Shown here: positions 1-9,757 of the stretch, one piece after another | Layout of the letters: the number at the start of each line of letters is the position of its first letter | How positions within the stretch are numbered: the first letter of the stretch is position 1 | IMG/VR virus record: IMGVR_UViG_3300045243_000021 | Coordinates: 8,003-72,002 of that record | Length of the DNA: 64,000 nt | From: a virus | Direction: 5' to 3' (one strand) | The notes under the pieces: generated by a model | What the model saw: the letters and a program-made list of their open reading frames with translations, nothing else | Told to the model about the DNA's origin: nothing | The model's database searches: none | Position numbers and translations under genes: made by a program

Positions 1-49
1 CGGCAGTGAAGTTGGTTGACCGGATGATAGGGGCGGTGACGAAGGGGGG

Positions 50-766
50 ATGACGATGGACGCAACAGTAGCCAGGCTCGAATGGTTGGAACGGGCGTTA
101 TTCAAGCGGCTCGATAGGCTCATGGAGAGCGATCCTGTCCACGACGACTGCACTGAGTTGATCCTGGAGCAGATAGCGTTTGTGCAAATGTGTCTGATGG
201 GTTTGAAAGGCCAAGCCGCCGTGTCCTACGGTGAAGGGGGGATGACGAGAATGGGCGTATCAACTGACGCAATCGTGTTTTGGGGTTACTGCTGGTCGGA
301 GGAGACGGAGCTATTCGACTTCAGGGCAGAATTTGGCGACAGAGATATCGAATGGCCCGAAGCGATTCTGCGTCGGCGCGGCAAGAGCAATCCATGGGAT
401 AACGCCCCGGCAGACCTGGACCGCTACTTGCCAGGCGAGCGCTATGAGCAGAAGGAAGCTCGCGTCAAGGCGTGGACCGATGCCAACCGGGCCGCGTTGG
501 ACGAATGGTACAAGGCTGGCCGCGACATTGAAGAGGAGTTCGGCATTGAGCTGCGATTCCACTGTTCTGACGAATGCAGCATGCCATACCTGACGCTAGC
601 GACGGCGAGGCATTTGTCGCATCGCGGCTACCCGCAAGAGTTGGACCCCGCTGCGTTGGTGCCTGCGCCGGATTGGGCGGCAAAGCTCGACCGCTTCCTT
701 GCTGAGTTTGGCATTGAGAAGCCGCACGAGCAACCGCGTTGGTGGCTTGTGAGCTATTGGGGTTAG
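50..766 (+). CDS. hypothetical phage protein (true start may be ATG 251)
   Basis: 238-aa ORF; G-rich RBS-like sequence before the internal ATGs; no recognisable domain. Confidence 0.6.
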   Translation: MTMDATVARLEWLERALFKRLDRLMESDPVHDDCTELILEQIAFVQMCLMGLKGQAAVSYGEGGMTRMGVSTDAIVFWGYCWSEETELFDFRAEFGDRDIEWPEAILRRRGKSNPWDNAPADLDRYLPGERYEQKEARVKAWTDANRAALDEWYKAGRDIEEEFGIELRFHCSDECSMPYLTLATARHLSHRGYPQELDPAALVPAPDWAAKLDRFLAEFGIEKPHEQPRWWLVSYWG

Positions 767-831
767 CCCGCCATGGGATATTAAACGAGTTTGGCCGGTG
801 CCGTTCGGGCGGGAGATGGGTGGGAGGCTGA

Positions 832-1131
832 GTGGGCAAAGGAACGTGGGTTGCGGGAGGCCAAGCCGTGAAGCTGAAACGGTGGACGATTCTGGATGTT
901 GACGAAGGGCTAGGCGCGAAGTGGAGGCCAGACCCTAACGGCGAGCATATGTACGCCTCGGACGTGATTCCCATTCTCGCGGCGGCGCGGGAGGCGCTGC
1001 GGGAGGCAAGAGTGGTTGTCACCAAATGGACAAGCGCACAAATCTGCAAAGAACCAAACTGCCAAGCCAGGCCATGCGTTACGCTTCGCGACATTGACGC
1101 CGCCCTGGCCCTGCTGGAGGACGTGGGATGA
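832..1131 (+). CDS. hypothetical protein
   Basis: ORF coupled to the next gene by ATGA overlap at 1128-1131. Confidence 0.5.
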   Translation: MGKGTWVAGGQAVKLKRWTILDVDEGLGAKWRPDPNGEHMYASDVIPILAAAREALREARVVVTKWTSAQICKEPNCQARPCVTLRDIDAALALLEDVG

Positions 1132-1526
1132 ACTACCGTTGGGGATTCTGCAAGGTGGACGACGGCTACATGGTTTGCGAGCCTCCGCCAGCAGAACGAC
1201 TGCAAGCGGTTCGCGACATGATAGCCGGTAAACGAAACGGCGTTGGCGTGACCACTCGACGCATTGCCATCGTCGAGACGAGTCATTACATGGGCGACGA
1301 GGAGGCGGCAAAGATCGCTGCTCTACTTGGCGCGGCTCCCGACTACGCACTGCTCTTGGCTGGCATCATGTCGGGCTTCGTCGACGTTAGCGGGCCTGAC
1401 GTGGTTGTCAAAGGAATGTACTACGTCGTTGATTACGATGAATTCGGCTGCCCGATTTTGACGGACAAGCTGCGTGCCGCCATCGCGCCCCCGCGCGGCC
1501 AGGGGAGGGGGAGCCACAGCCGATGA
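1128..1526 (+). CDS. hypothetical protein
   Basis: ATGA overlaps at both ends. Confidence 0.55.
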   Translation: MNYRWGFCKVDDGYMVCEPPPAERLQAVRDMIAGKRNGVGVTTRRIAIVETSHYMGDEEAAKIAALLGAAPDYALLLAGIMSGFVDVSGPDVVVKGMYYVVDYDEFGCPILTDKLRAAIAPPRGQGRGSHSR

Positions 1527-2260
1527 AGATGGACAGTGAGAAGCCATTAACGCTACTCAACCCCGATATGGGAAATCTCATAATGGCCCCTGCCCCCGCC
1601 GGCCAGTATCGGGCGCGGGCTGAACGGCTGGAAAAAGCCTACGGCGACCTGTATCAGAAGTACCTTGCCAAAGGTGCGCGTCAGTCGATCGCTATTGCTG
1701 ATGAGGCCACGCAACGCTCTCGTCAGACTGCCCTGCTCCAGCGGGCGGCGGAGGCGTTGGTAGAGGCAATGGACGTGGCAATAGCTGACGATGACCGTGT
1801 GTATGGCATGCTCCCCATGGACGATTCGCAAATGTCGCCTGAGTTCAAGGCGAAGGTGGATCGTTGGCGTGCCCTGCTGGCGGAACTGCGGGTAGTGGGC
1901 CAACTTCGTGTTGATCCCGCTATCCATTCTGTTTTAGAGAGGGTAGTGCAAATGACAGACCAAGAGGCAGCAGAGCTAGAAATCGTGGACATGTTGCCGA
2001 ACTACTTTGACTCAAGCAAAGGTGAAGACATTCCGCCGGAACTTATTGGAGCAACCATTCTGCGTATTGGCACGCCTGCTAAGCAGGGGGCGGTTTCGGG
2101 GGGTGGGTTGGTGATTGATTTTTTGCCCTCTGGGCGGCCTCAAGCCCTGCGAATAGTCCTGGGGCTAAACGAGCTAGGGTCGTGGATTGAACATATGACG
2201 ATACTAAACTCTTCCAGCCCGGTTTGCGCCGAAGGATTGCTTGCTGCAAGACAAGGATAA
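1523..2260 (+). CDS. hypothetical protein
   Basis: 245-aa ORF with RBS, coupled to the upstream gene. Confidence 0.55.
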   Translation: MKMDSEKPLTLLNPDMGNLIMAPAPAGQYRARAERLEKAYGDLYQKYLAKGARQSIAIADEATQRSRQTALLQRAAEALVEAMDVAIADDDRVYGMLPMDDSQMSPEFKAKVDRWRALLAELRVVGQLRVDPAIHSVLERVVQMTDQEAAELEIVDMLPNYFDSSKGEDIPPELIGATILRIGTPAKQGAVSGGGLVIDFLPSGRPQALRIVLGLNELGSWIEHMTILNSSSPVCAEGLLAARQG

Positions 2261-2333
2261 TGCCTTGATTGGCCGTACCGAACTGCGGGTACAATAGGGA
2301 CATGGACGAACGTGGAAAGCTACAATTGCAGCG

Positions 2334-2774
2334 ATGATTACTCCAGAGCAGAAAGAACGGTTCTTGGCGATATTAGCTGATACGGCCAACGTATTTAGGT
2401 CAGCACGTCGGGCCGGGCTCAATCGTCAACACCTGTACCGGTTGCGACGAACAGATGAGGAGTTTGCCAAGTTATGGGATGAGGCCGTTGAGCTTGGCAC
2501 TTGTGCGCTCGAGGACGAGGCGGTGCGACGGAGCTACCAAGGCTGCCTCAAGCCGACGAAGTATGGCATGGTGCGGGAGTTCAGCGATACGCTACTAGTG
2601 CTGCTGCTTAAGGCGCGGCGCAGGGCCGTCTATGGCGATAAGGTGGATTCAAACGTCAACCTCTCTGGTACTATCGACTGGACGGCCACGGCGGAACGCC
2701 TTAACGGCAATCGCAATGAGGTGGAACGTTTGCTGGAAGCCAAGGCGGCAGGCCTTGATAAACCGAAGCCATGA
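2334..2774 (+). CDS. terS: terminase small subunit
   Basis: N-terminal HTH (FLAILADTANVFRSARRAGLNRQHLYRLR), 'LEDEAVRR' and 'EFSDTLLVLLLKA' motifs; overlaps terL. Confidence 0.85.
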   Translation: MITPEQKERFLAILADTANVFRSARRAGLNRQHLYRLRRTDEEFAKLWDEAVELGTCALEDEAVRRSYQGCLKPTKYGMVREFSDTLLVLLLKARRRAVYGDKVDSNVNLSGTIDWTATAERLNGNRNEVERLLEAKAAGLDKPKP

Positions 2775-4357
2775 TCATTCCTGACGACATAGCGCGTCGC
2801 ATCATTGCCGATCCGTTTGCCTTCCTCAAATTCTTCTGGTCCGACGTCAAGTTTTACGACAAGCAATGGGACATCATCGATTCGGTGGAGCGGAACGTGA
2901 AGACGTTCGTTCCGGCCGGCAACAAGCTCGGCAAGGACTTTGTCGGGGCATTCATCGTTTTGCGTTGGTGGATGCGTGCTTTCCTGGAAAACAAAACATG
3001 CCGTATCCTTACGACGTCCGTGGCTGATGAGCATATGGATGTGCTTTGGGGTGAGATCGGGCGATTCCTGGCGACCAGCGAATTCCCATGGAACGTGGAA
3101 AAAGGTGGTCCGTTCGCTGTCAACTTTCAAGAAATCCGTCGTGCCAGCGAGGTCAAGGACAAGAACCCACTGTCGGCCGTCAAAGGTCAGGTGGCGAAGA
3201 AGGGTGAAAAGCTAGCCGGGCGTCATGCCGACTACACCATGCTTCTCGGCGACGAAGCCTCGGGCCTCGAGGATCAGGTAGACGACCAGGGCAATGGCTG
3301 GGCCAAGCGGTTCCTGTATCCGGGAAATTGTAACGAAGGGTGCAACAACTTCTTTGCGAAGGCGACGGATACGGACTTGTATCCAGACGCTGGCGACGTG
3401 CCTGCGCCGGATGGTACGTTCTACCGCAAGGTCATTCGCATCACCGCAGAAGACTCGCCGAATATCCGTTGGGCACGCGAACAACAAGCGAAAGGCATTG
3501 AGCCGGACGATGAGACAATCGTTGATGGGGTGCTCTCGTGGTCTGAGTACCAGTTGCGGAGGGCGACGTGGAACATCAAGAGGCAAACCGTTGGCCTCGA
3601 CGCCAAGTTCTATCATGGCGCCGAGGTCATGCTCTTCCCCGTCGAGTACCTCAACCGCGCTGAGGAGATTGTCGTGGGCGAACGGCGTAGGGCCGAGGCG
3701 GGCGGCTGCGATCCGGCAGAAGGCGGGGACCGTACGAGCATGGTGGCGGTGGATCGGTTCGGCGTAATCGAGGTCGTCTCGAAGAAAACGCCGGACACGA
3801 ACGTTATCACGTTCGATGCGCTGGCCTTCATGCGCCGGCACAACATACCGCCCGAGAACTTCGTCTTTGACCGTGGCGGTGGTGGCAAGCAGCATGCGGA
3901 CAGGCTTCGGGCCATGGACTATCCGGTGCGGACGGTGATGTTTGGTGAATCACCGACGGTGGAACTGAAGCGGGGCATGACGACGTTCGGGGAGCGCAAG
4001 GAAGCGGTTGAGGACCGCGGGGCGTACAAGAACCGCCGGGCCGAAATGTACGGCGAACTGGCGGACCTGCTCGACCCGCACCTGAACCCGAAGGGCTTTG
4101 CGTTGCCGCGTGGTGAATGCCGAAAGGCTGAGCCGGGTCGAAAAAGCTTGCGGGAGCAGCTCCAGGTGGTGCCAAGGGAATATGATGAAGGCAAGCTGAG
4201 CATTCGGTCGAAGTCACGGAAGCCGGGGCAGGAAGAGAATAAGCTTAAGACGTTGACGGAGTTGGTTTCGCATTCGCCCGATGAACTTGATGCGTTGGTG
4301 TTGGCATGCTACGGGATGCTTCATCGGCAGGTGCGGCAGGTAGCGGGGGCGGTGTAA
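2771..4357 (+). CDS. terL: terminase large subunit
   Basis: Walker A-like AGNKLGKDF, Walker B LLGDEASG, RNase-H-like nuclease motifs GCDPAEGGDRT and SPDELDAL. Confidence 0.92.
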   Translation: MIIPDDIARRIIADPFAFLKFFWSDVKFYDKQWDIIDSVERNVKTFVPAGNKLGKDFVGAFIVLRWWMRAFLENKTCRILTTSVADEHMDVLWGEIGRFLATSEFPWNVEKGGPFAVNFQEIRRASEVKDKNPLSAVKGQVAKKGEKLAGRHADYTMLLGDEASGLEDQVDDQGNGWAKRFLYPGNCNEGCNNFFAKATDTDLYPDAGDVPAPDGTFYRKVIRITAEDSPNIRWAREQQAKGIEPDDETIVDGVLSWSEYQLRRATWNIKRQTVGLDAKFYHGAEVMLFPVEYLNRAEEIVVGERRRAEAGGCDPAEGGDRTSMVAVDRFGVIEVVSKKTPDTNVITFDALAFMRRHNIPPENFVFDRGGGGKQHADRLRAMDYPVRTVMFGESPTVELKRGMTTFGERKEAVEDRGAYKNRRAEMYGELADLLDPHLNPKGFALPRGECRKAEPGRKSLREQLQVVPREYDEGKLSIRSKSRKPGQEENKLKTLTELVSHSPDELDALVLACYGMLHRQVRQVAGAV

Positions 4358-4705
4358 ATGATCGAAGTAATAGTTCCGGTCGGTATTGCCAAGATAAACA
4401 ATCACTTCTGCGGGTGTGGTGATGCAGCATTGGCTTGGCAGGAAATCCACGACGAACTAAAGCGGTGCGCGCTAGAAAGTAAGCCGCTCATTGATGAGAA
4501 GGGTGGGCTCTGGTATATCATGGCCTATCTACTAGATCATTGCGGATTGACGGAGCACGGCACTAGCGTGCATTACCCTTGGCTGACGGCGGAAGGCGAA
4601 AAGGCGTTGGAGTTTCTTAATCAGTGGACTGCTGACTGGAAAGGGACACCAGACGTCGATTTTGTGTCGCCGGACGGTGCATTGCTTCACATGCCGAAGG
4701 ATTAG
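4358..4705 (+). CDS. hypothetical protein
   Basis: ORF abutting the terL stop. Confidence 0.55.
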   Translation: MIEVIVPVGIAKINNHFCGCGDAALAWQEIHDELKRCALESKPLIDEKGGLWYIMAYLLDHCGLTEHGTSVHYPWLTAEGEKALEFLNQWTADWKGTPDVDFVSPDGALLHMPKD

Positions 4706-4726
4706 GTAGACCCACCATCACAAGAA

Positions 4727-5263
4727 ATGAACATCCCCGACATCAACCTCGAGCCGGAACCGCAGCCACGCGGGTACAATTGGCAGCTCTACTTCTACGA
4801 GTTCTGCGAAAAGCATGGCCGTCCGATGCAGCTGTGGGGCGTGCAGGTTTTCCCGGACGGGTTCACCTATTCCGCGACCGACTACGCAGGGCCGGAGTGG
4901 CGACCGCCGAACGATCCGCACGAACTACGGAAGCTGCTCCTGGGCTACTGGTCCAAGCTGGCATCGCTCTGCAAGATCGAGCTGAAGAAGGCCGAACGCG
5001 AGCTGGCCAACATAGAATTGACGCAGGCTGAGCGTGCGGCACCATTGCAGCATGAGTGGGGCGAATGGGACGCCGCGGCTGGTTGCTATCGGGCCAAACG
5101 TGGCGAGCTGGATCTGGGCGGCTTTCAGGTGCGCGTGACTGATCGGCGTATGGAGTACGAGTACGCGGCCAGCAACGTGGAACGCCTGAAGCATGGCGAG
5201 TGGGCGTTGTCGATGATGGAATGGCAAGACCTGCGTAAGCAGCAAGAAGACGAGGCGGCATGA
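4727..5263 (+). CDS. hypothetical protein
   Basis: 178-aa ORF in operon orientation. Confidence 0.6.
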   Translation: MNIPDINLEPEPQPRGYNWQLYFYEFCEKHGRPMQLWGVQVFPDGFTYSATDYAGPEWRPPNDPHELRKLLLGYWSKLASLCKIELKKAERELANIELTQAERAAPLQHEWGEWDAAAGCYRAKRGELDLGGFQVRVTDRRMEYEYAASNVERLKHGEWALSMMEWQDLRKQQEDEAA

Positions 5264-5375
5264 ACGGTGATCGAGCGTTTGCCATGGATTGGCCTGGCGC
5301 TGATTATTGGGAAGGCCATCCGGAGCAAGTGGACCCCGAAGTCGATGAGCCTACCATCGTGGAGAAGAAGCCAAC

Positions 5376-5687
5376 GTGAAAACCCGCGATCAAATCCTGT
5401 CCGCCAAGCACCGCCTCGCCCTCCATGCGCACGCCGCCAAGTTTGAACGTACAGACCTCCAGCTCGGAGCCTTGATGGGCATGGTGGCGGCCCTCGACTG
5501 GGCCATGCAAATCGGTGGGCACAACAACCCGGTTGACGTCGTGCTGGCGGGTCTACCGTTGGCTCGGGGCGTGCAGCGGGCGAACGGGCTCAGGCTGGTG
5601 TACGTGAACGCCGACAGCGACAACGAGCAGGCGTACGAGATTACGTACGGGCAGGCGGTGGAAGATGGCGGGCTTATCCTGCCGTAG
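5376..5687 (+). CDS. hypothetical protein
   Basis: 103-aa ORF in operon orientation. Confidence 0.5.
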   Translation: MKTRDQILSAKHRLALHAHAAKFERTDLQLGALMGMVAALDWAMQIGGHNNPVDVVLAGLPLARGVQRANGLRLVYVNADSDNEQAYEITYGQAVEDGGLILP

Positions 5688-5775
5688 ACTTTGAAGCCAC
5701 ATTCACGACTGCACCTCAAACCGGAAGATCAGATAATCGCTGCGTCCACTTTCTTCGGCACGAACACCATCATGG

Positions 5776-5982
5776 TCATCGTTCCTTGGTTGTCGTCAAT
5801 CGTAACCCCACCACTCGGCATATCTTTGCCGCCGACGCCAACGACAGCCCTCTCTCGCCAGCAAGGAACCGCGAAATCTGTGCGTGACTGACGCCGGCCT
5901 GCTTGGCCAAATCGCGCTGGGCCAATCCGCTTGCAAGAATGGCTTTCCTGATTTGCTCTTCCATGCTGACGATTTTAGCCAT
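5776..5982 (-). CDS. XRE/Cro-type helix-turn-helix regulator
   Basis: LAQRDLAKQAGVSHAQISRFLAGERGLSL is a typical XRE HTH. Confidence 0.85.
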   Translation of the reverse strand: MAKIVSMEEQIRKAILASGLAQRDLAKQAGVSHAQISRFLAGERGLSLASAAKICRVVGLRLTTTKER

Positions 5983-5989
5983 TTGCCTA

Positions 5990-6018
5990 TTGACACCGCA
6001 AGAGAAGTTCCGCATAAT
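5990..6018 (+). promoter_or_regulatory. sigma70-type promoter
   Basis: TTGACA-17 nt-CATAAT, divergent from the HTH gene. Confidence 0.7.
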
Positions 6019-6094
6019 TGCTGACGTAACAAGTGAGGCCGGCGCTGCTGGAAACAGCCCGGCCTCTGGGCAACCCTATTTGGGAGGGCTACCG

Positions 6095-6562
6095 ATGTCC
6101 GTTCTATCTGCTCAGCCCCGTCTAGCCAACCGCGAACCATTTACCCGTCTGGCCGTCCAGTACCGCGACGGTATGCGTGAAATCGTTTCCGTGCCGTTTC
6201 GGGCCGCACTGGGCCAGTTGATTCGTCTTGATGACGATGACGTCGTGCGCGTCATTGGGCGCGGCTTCTACGGGCACTTGGCAGGCCAAGTGCTGCACCT
6301 GAAGGACGTGCGGACAGCACCGGATGCTGAGTTGTTGCTGAGCCATGGTGACCTTGACGCCTTTCTCGACCGGCATACCAAAATAACAACGGTTATCGTT
6401 TACGACCGGCGTACGCCGTACGGTTGCAATCTGGCCGAGTTCAAGGCGAAGCACAGTCGGACATTGTGGGGTGAACGGCCCAAGGATGCGGTGATGAGCG
6501 AGACGTGCGAGACGTGTGGCGGGGTTGATGGTTTGTGGCACGATTGCCGGGGGAAGGAGTAA
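6095..6562 (+). CDS. hypothetical protein with C-terminal Cys motif
   Basis: GGAGGG RBS before ATG 6095; CETCGG...HDC. Confidence 0.6.
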   Translation: MSVLSAQPRLANREPFTRLAVQYRDGMREIVSVPFRAALGQLIRLDDDDVVRVIGRGFYGHLAGQVLHLKDVRTAPDAELLLSHGDLDAFLDRHTKITTVIVYDRRTPYGCNLAEFKAKHSRTLWGERPKDAVMSETCETCGGVDGLWHDCRGKE

Positions 6563-6567
6563 TTTCG

Positions 6568-6792
6568 ATGAAAATACAGATCAACTACCTATTACCGAAC
6601 GGCAAAACTGTCCGCTATCAAAGCAAGCACTTGCCTAGACCTGGTTCTAAGCTGACGTTTGAAGGCAAGACTTACTTGGTCCTCGACCACCACTTTCACT
6701 ATCGCAGCAAGCAAGACATCAACAATGCTTCGTACACGAGGTCCAACGACGAGCCAGTCGATCACGTGGACGTATCTCTGCTTGACGAGTAA
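6568..6792 (+). CDS. hypothetical protein
   Basis: AAGGAG RBS; AT-richer, moron-like. Confidence 0.6.
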   Translation: MKIQINYLLPNGKTVRYQSKHLPRPGSKLTFEGKTYLVLDHHFHYRSKQDINNASYTRSNDEPVDHVDVSLLDE

Positions 6793-6851
6793 GACGTCGG
6801 GGGAAGTAATGCTCGTGACGGGTAAGTAGGACCGCCGGGGTTCTACTTTTG

Positions 6852-6891
6852 GGCCAGCCACTTCCTGCGACGGGGTGGTCTGGCCTTTTTT
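6852..6891 (+). terminator. intrinsic terminator with a possible upstream antiterminator
   Basis: GGCCAG-CCAC...GTGG-TCTGGCC hairpin plus TTTTTT; 6796-6807 can pair with 6860-6871. Confidence 0.7.
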
Positions 6892-6956
6892 CGTTGACTG
6901 GCATCGCATTTCGGGCAAAGGTGCTAAAATTGGGGGGAACGAAAGGAGCAACCGAC

Positions 6957-7205
6957 ATGATCGAAGAACAGGCCAAGGCTCTTGGTATTCCGCCGCTCGT
7001 CTTCACGCCGCCGACTGATGAGACGCTTTCGGCGGTAATGGCGCAGCACGATGAGGAGAGGCTGAAGCATTTACGAGCGAAGCTCGCTGCCGGGGTTATC
7101 AAGCAGGCACTCGACGAATATGGTGGCAAAGGGAATTCTTCCGGAGCCCGAGAGCGACGTAGACGTAAGATTCTAGGGGCCGCTGCTAACCGTGGCGGCA
7201 CTTGA
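6957..7205 (+). CDS. hypothetical protein
   Basis: AAGGAG RBS before ATG 6957. Confidence 0.5.
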   Translation: MIEEQAKALGIPPLVFTPPTDETLSAVMAQHDEERLKHLRAKLAAGVIKQALDEYGGKGNSSGARERRRRKILGAAANRGGT

Positions 7206-7296
7206 TAGGCCGGAGCCGGACTGATCCCCCGGTGAATCGGCTCAGACCGATGCAGCCTTCTGAGGGGCCTGCTGCGGAGACGCACGGCCCCTTTTT
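7175..7296 (+). ncRNA. structured RNA element copy 1 (pseudoknot plus terminator), upstream of portal
   Basis: P2 GCCGG/CCGGT; P3 ATCGG/CCGAT; loop CTCAGA (7241-46) pairs with TCTGAG (7259-64); terminator AGGGGCC/GGCCCCT plus T-tract; upstream AGGGGCCG pairs with the terminator 3' strand. Confidence 0.7.
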
Positions 7297-7314
7297 CGTT
7301 TCAGGAGGCATTGC

Positions 7315-9291
7315 ATGTCAAGCCTTAACGGACACGCCCCCTGGGGGCATCCTGACCCAATCGCTCTCAACCGTCTGCAAGCCGCCGTCGAGAATCTCTC
7401 CACCTCTCTGCCTCGCGACCTCATCCGCGGATTCCAAAATATCGATCCGCGCCGCAACCTGGACGATGAGTGCGGCTATCCGCCGTCCAGTACGCTCAAC
7501 GCCCAGCTCTATCGCGACCTCTACGACCGCGAACCATTAGCTACGCGCACGGTGCAGCTGCTACCCGAAGAGGCATGGCAGGTTCAGCCGAACGTGACGG
7601 AGGACGACTCAGCAGAGAATGTCACGCCATTCGAGGAAGCCTGGGACGCCTTATCGCGGCAACTGGCTGGGCCGGCCGGCAATGGATCGTGGTATCAGGA
7701 TGAGGACGGTTCTTCCATTTGGCAGCACCTGAAGCGTGCTGACACGCTCTCGGGTATCGGGCATTACGGCATCCTGTTGTTCGGCATCGACGATGGCAAG
7801 GAACTGTGGGAGCCGGTGGATGGCGTGGTCGAGTTCGTAGCGAATGGTTGGCTGGATTCGCCCATCACGCCTGCGGAAGAGATTTGTTTGCTGACGCCAA
7901 CGCCGCAAAAGACGTGGAACGGCAAGCGTCGTGAAGTGGTCGTGAATGGCAAGGTGCAATGGGAGTTTGAGTTCTACGATCACCAGCCGCCGACGATGAA
8001 TGACGAAGAGGCGATGGTCTTTAACGGCTGGAAGGAGAATAGCGAACTCGTTACTAACGCCATCCAGCAACGCAAAACCCAGATGCAGACGCCGCAGTCG
8101 CTGGGCATTGTCGGGACTGACCAGCAGTATGACGGCGTGGTGGGTAGCCAAACCACCTATGGCCCGTCTGATATGTTCAAGGACGGTCCGAAGCTGCCAA
8201 AGGTTGCCAAGCGGCGCTTGCTTTTCCTGCGGGCATTCGACGAGAGCCTGGTGCAGGTCGTGCGTTACGAGCGGAACATGCACAACCCGCGCTTCGGTCA
8301 GCCGGTGATGTACCGGGTGACGCTGAACGACCCGCGTGAGCAGCATTCGGGCATCGGTCTGCCGCTGGCCACGGTGTTTGTTCATTGGTCCCGTGTGCAG
8401 CACTTGAACGACGTGGGCTGCGTGGCGGGTGCAAGTGAAATCTTCTCACCGCCGCGCATGCGTTCGCCGCTCAACGACATCCTCAACGGCCGTAAGGTGC
8501 GTGGCTCAGGCGCCGAAGGCTACTATAAATCGTGCTTCACGGCCTACTCGTTCGAGACGAATCCGCAACTGGGCGGCGACGTCCTCATTAACAAGACCGA
8601 TCTCTTGAATCAGTGGGAGAACTTCCAGAACGGCTTGCAGCGGGCGATGATGCTCTCGGGTCTGTCGATGAAGAGCCAGGCCCCGACGGTCGTGGACCCG
8701 ACGCCGCACGTGGACAAAGCCATCGAGGCCATTTGTATCGTGCTCGGTTGTCCGGTGCGGGTATTCAAGGGGAGCGAGCGTGGCGAGCTAGCGTCGAGTC
8801 AGGACGATTCGAGCTGGAATGACCGGATGAAAGCGCGGCAGAACTACTACATCACGCCACGTATCATCGTGCCGTTTATCGACCGGTTGATAACGCTAGG
8901 CGTACTGCCCGAGCCAAAGGGCTATAGCGTGCGTTGGCCTGACCTGGACAGCAACACGGACAAGGACAAGGCGACGATTCTCCTGACGCGGACGCAGGCG
9001 TATGCGGCGTACGTGCAGGGTGGCATCGAGGCGATGATCCCGAAGAAAGACTACATGACGAAATTCGACGACATGGATGAGGAAGAGGCGGAGGCGGTTA
9101 TCATTGACGCCGAAGCCGCCGAAGAGCAGCAGATGCTGGAGGATCAGCAGATGGCTCAGGAGCAAGGCTTCGAGCCCGCGCCGCCGGAAGGGTTCCAGGC
9201 ACCAGAGCCGGAGCCGCCAGCCACACCAATCAAGGTGAAGCCGGGCGAGAAGCTGGTACATCCGGCGAGTGTCAAGGCACCGGGGGGGTGA
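7315..9291 (+). CDS. portal protein (DUF1073-like) with internal insertion
   Basis: Position after terL; motifs 'NPRFGQPVMY', 'VHWSRVQH', 'GELASSQD'; GGAGG RBS. Confidence 0.85.
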   Translation: MSSLNGHAPWGHPDPIALNRLQAAVENLSTSLPRDLIRGFQNIDPRRNLDDECGYPPSSTLNAQLYRDLYDREPLATRTVQLLPEEAWQVQPNVTEDDSAENVTPFEEAWDALSRQLAGPAGNGSWYQDEDGSSIWQHLKRADTLSGIGHYGILLFGIDDGKELWEPVDGVVEFVANGWLDSPITPAEEICLLTPTPQKTWNGKRREVVVNGKVQWEFEFYDHQPPTMNDEEAMVFNGWKENSELVTNAIQQRKTQMQTPQSLGIVGTDQQYDGVVGSQTTYGPSDMFKDGPKLPKVAKRRLLFLRAFDESLVQVVRYERNMHNPRFGQPVMYRVTLNDPREQHSGIGLPLATVFVHWSRVQHLNDVGCVAGASEIFSPPRMRSPLNDILNGRKVRGSGAEGYYKSCFTAYSFETNPQLGGDVLINKTDLLNQWENFQNGLQRAMMLSGLSMKSQAPTVVDPTPHVDKAIEAICIVLGCPVRVFKGSERGELASSQDDSSWNDRMKARQNYYITPRIIVPFIDRLITLGVLPEPKGYSVRWPDLDSNTDKDKATILLTRTQAYAAYVQGGIEAMIPKKDYMTKFDDMDEEEAEAVIIDAEAAEEQQMLEDQQMAQEQGFEPAPPEGFQAPEPEPPATPIKVKPGEKLVHPASVKAPGG

Positions 9292-9754
9292 AGTGGAAAG
9301 TTTTAAGTTTCGTAGTCCAGAAAATGACGACTGGCAAATTGGCTTTGTTGTCAAGGACGTTCTTGGCGCCATCGACTACCTGTATGCCAAAGAAGTCTAT
9401 GGCCCATTTACACTAGTGATGGGTCGATACTGGATTGCGTTCTTGTTGGCGATTTACGTCGCGCCTAACGTCACTGCCGAACGGCTTGTGCAGGCGGCTA
9501 AACGCGGTGGTCTTAGGCCGCTCAAAGATCGGCTTGAATTCATCGAAATGATTAGGGCGGTACTTATCAATCCTTCAAAGAGCGACGACGGGTATGCCGT
9601 TGAGTTGGTCAAGAACGGCAAGGCATTTACGTTCACGGTAGATAAGCCGGTAATGCTCACCAAGGAGCAGTTGCAGGACAGCCTTCGCGACCTTACGGCG
9701 TTGCCGGTAGACATCGCTAGCGAGAATCTACGGCGGCAGTTTGCGGGGGAGTAA
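9269..9754 (+). CDS. hypothetical protein
   Basis: ORF between portal and MuF. Confidence 0.55.
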   Translation: MSRHRGGEVESFKFRSPENDDWQIGFVVKDVLGAIDYLYAKEVYGPFTLVMGRYWIAFLLAIYVAPNVTAERLVQAAKRGGLRPLKDRLEFIEMIRAVLINPSKSDDGYAVELVKNGKAFTFTVDKPVMLTKEQLQDSLRDLTALPVDIASENLRRQFAGE

Positions 9755-9757
9755 TCC

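Noticed and set aside
7207-7264. Hammerhead, HDV-like or known riboswitch identity for the repeated element
   Set aside because: Conserved cores (e.g. CUGANGA/GAAA) are not present in all copies by eye; needs an Rfam scan
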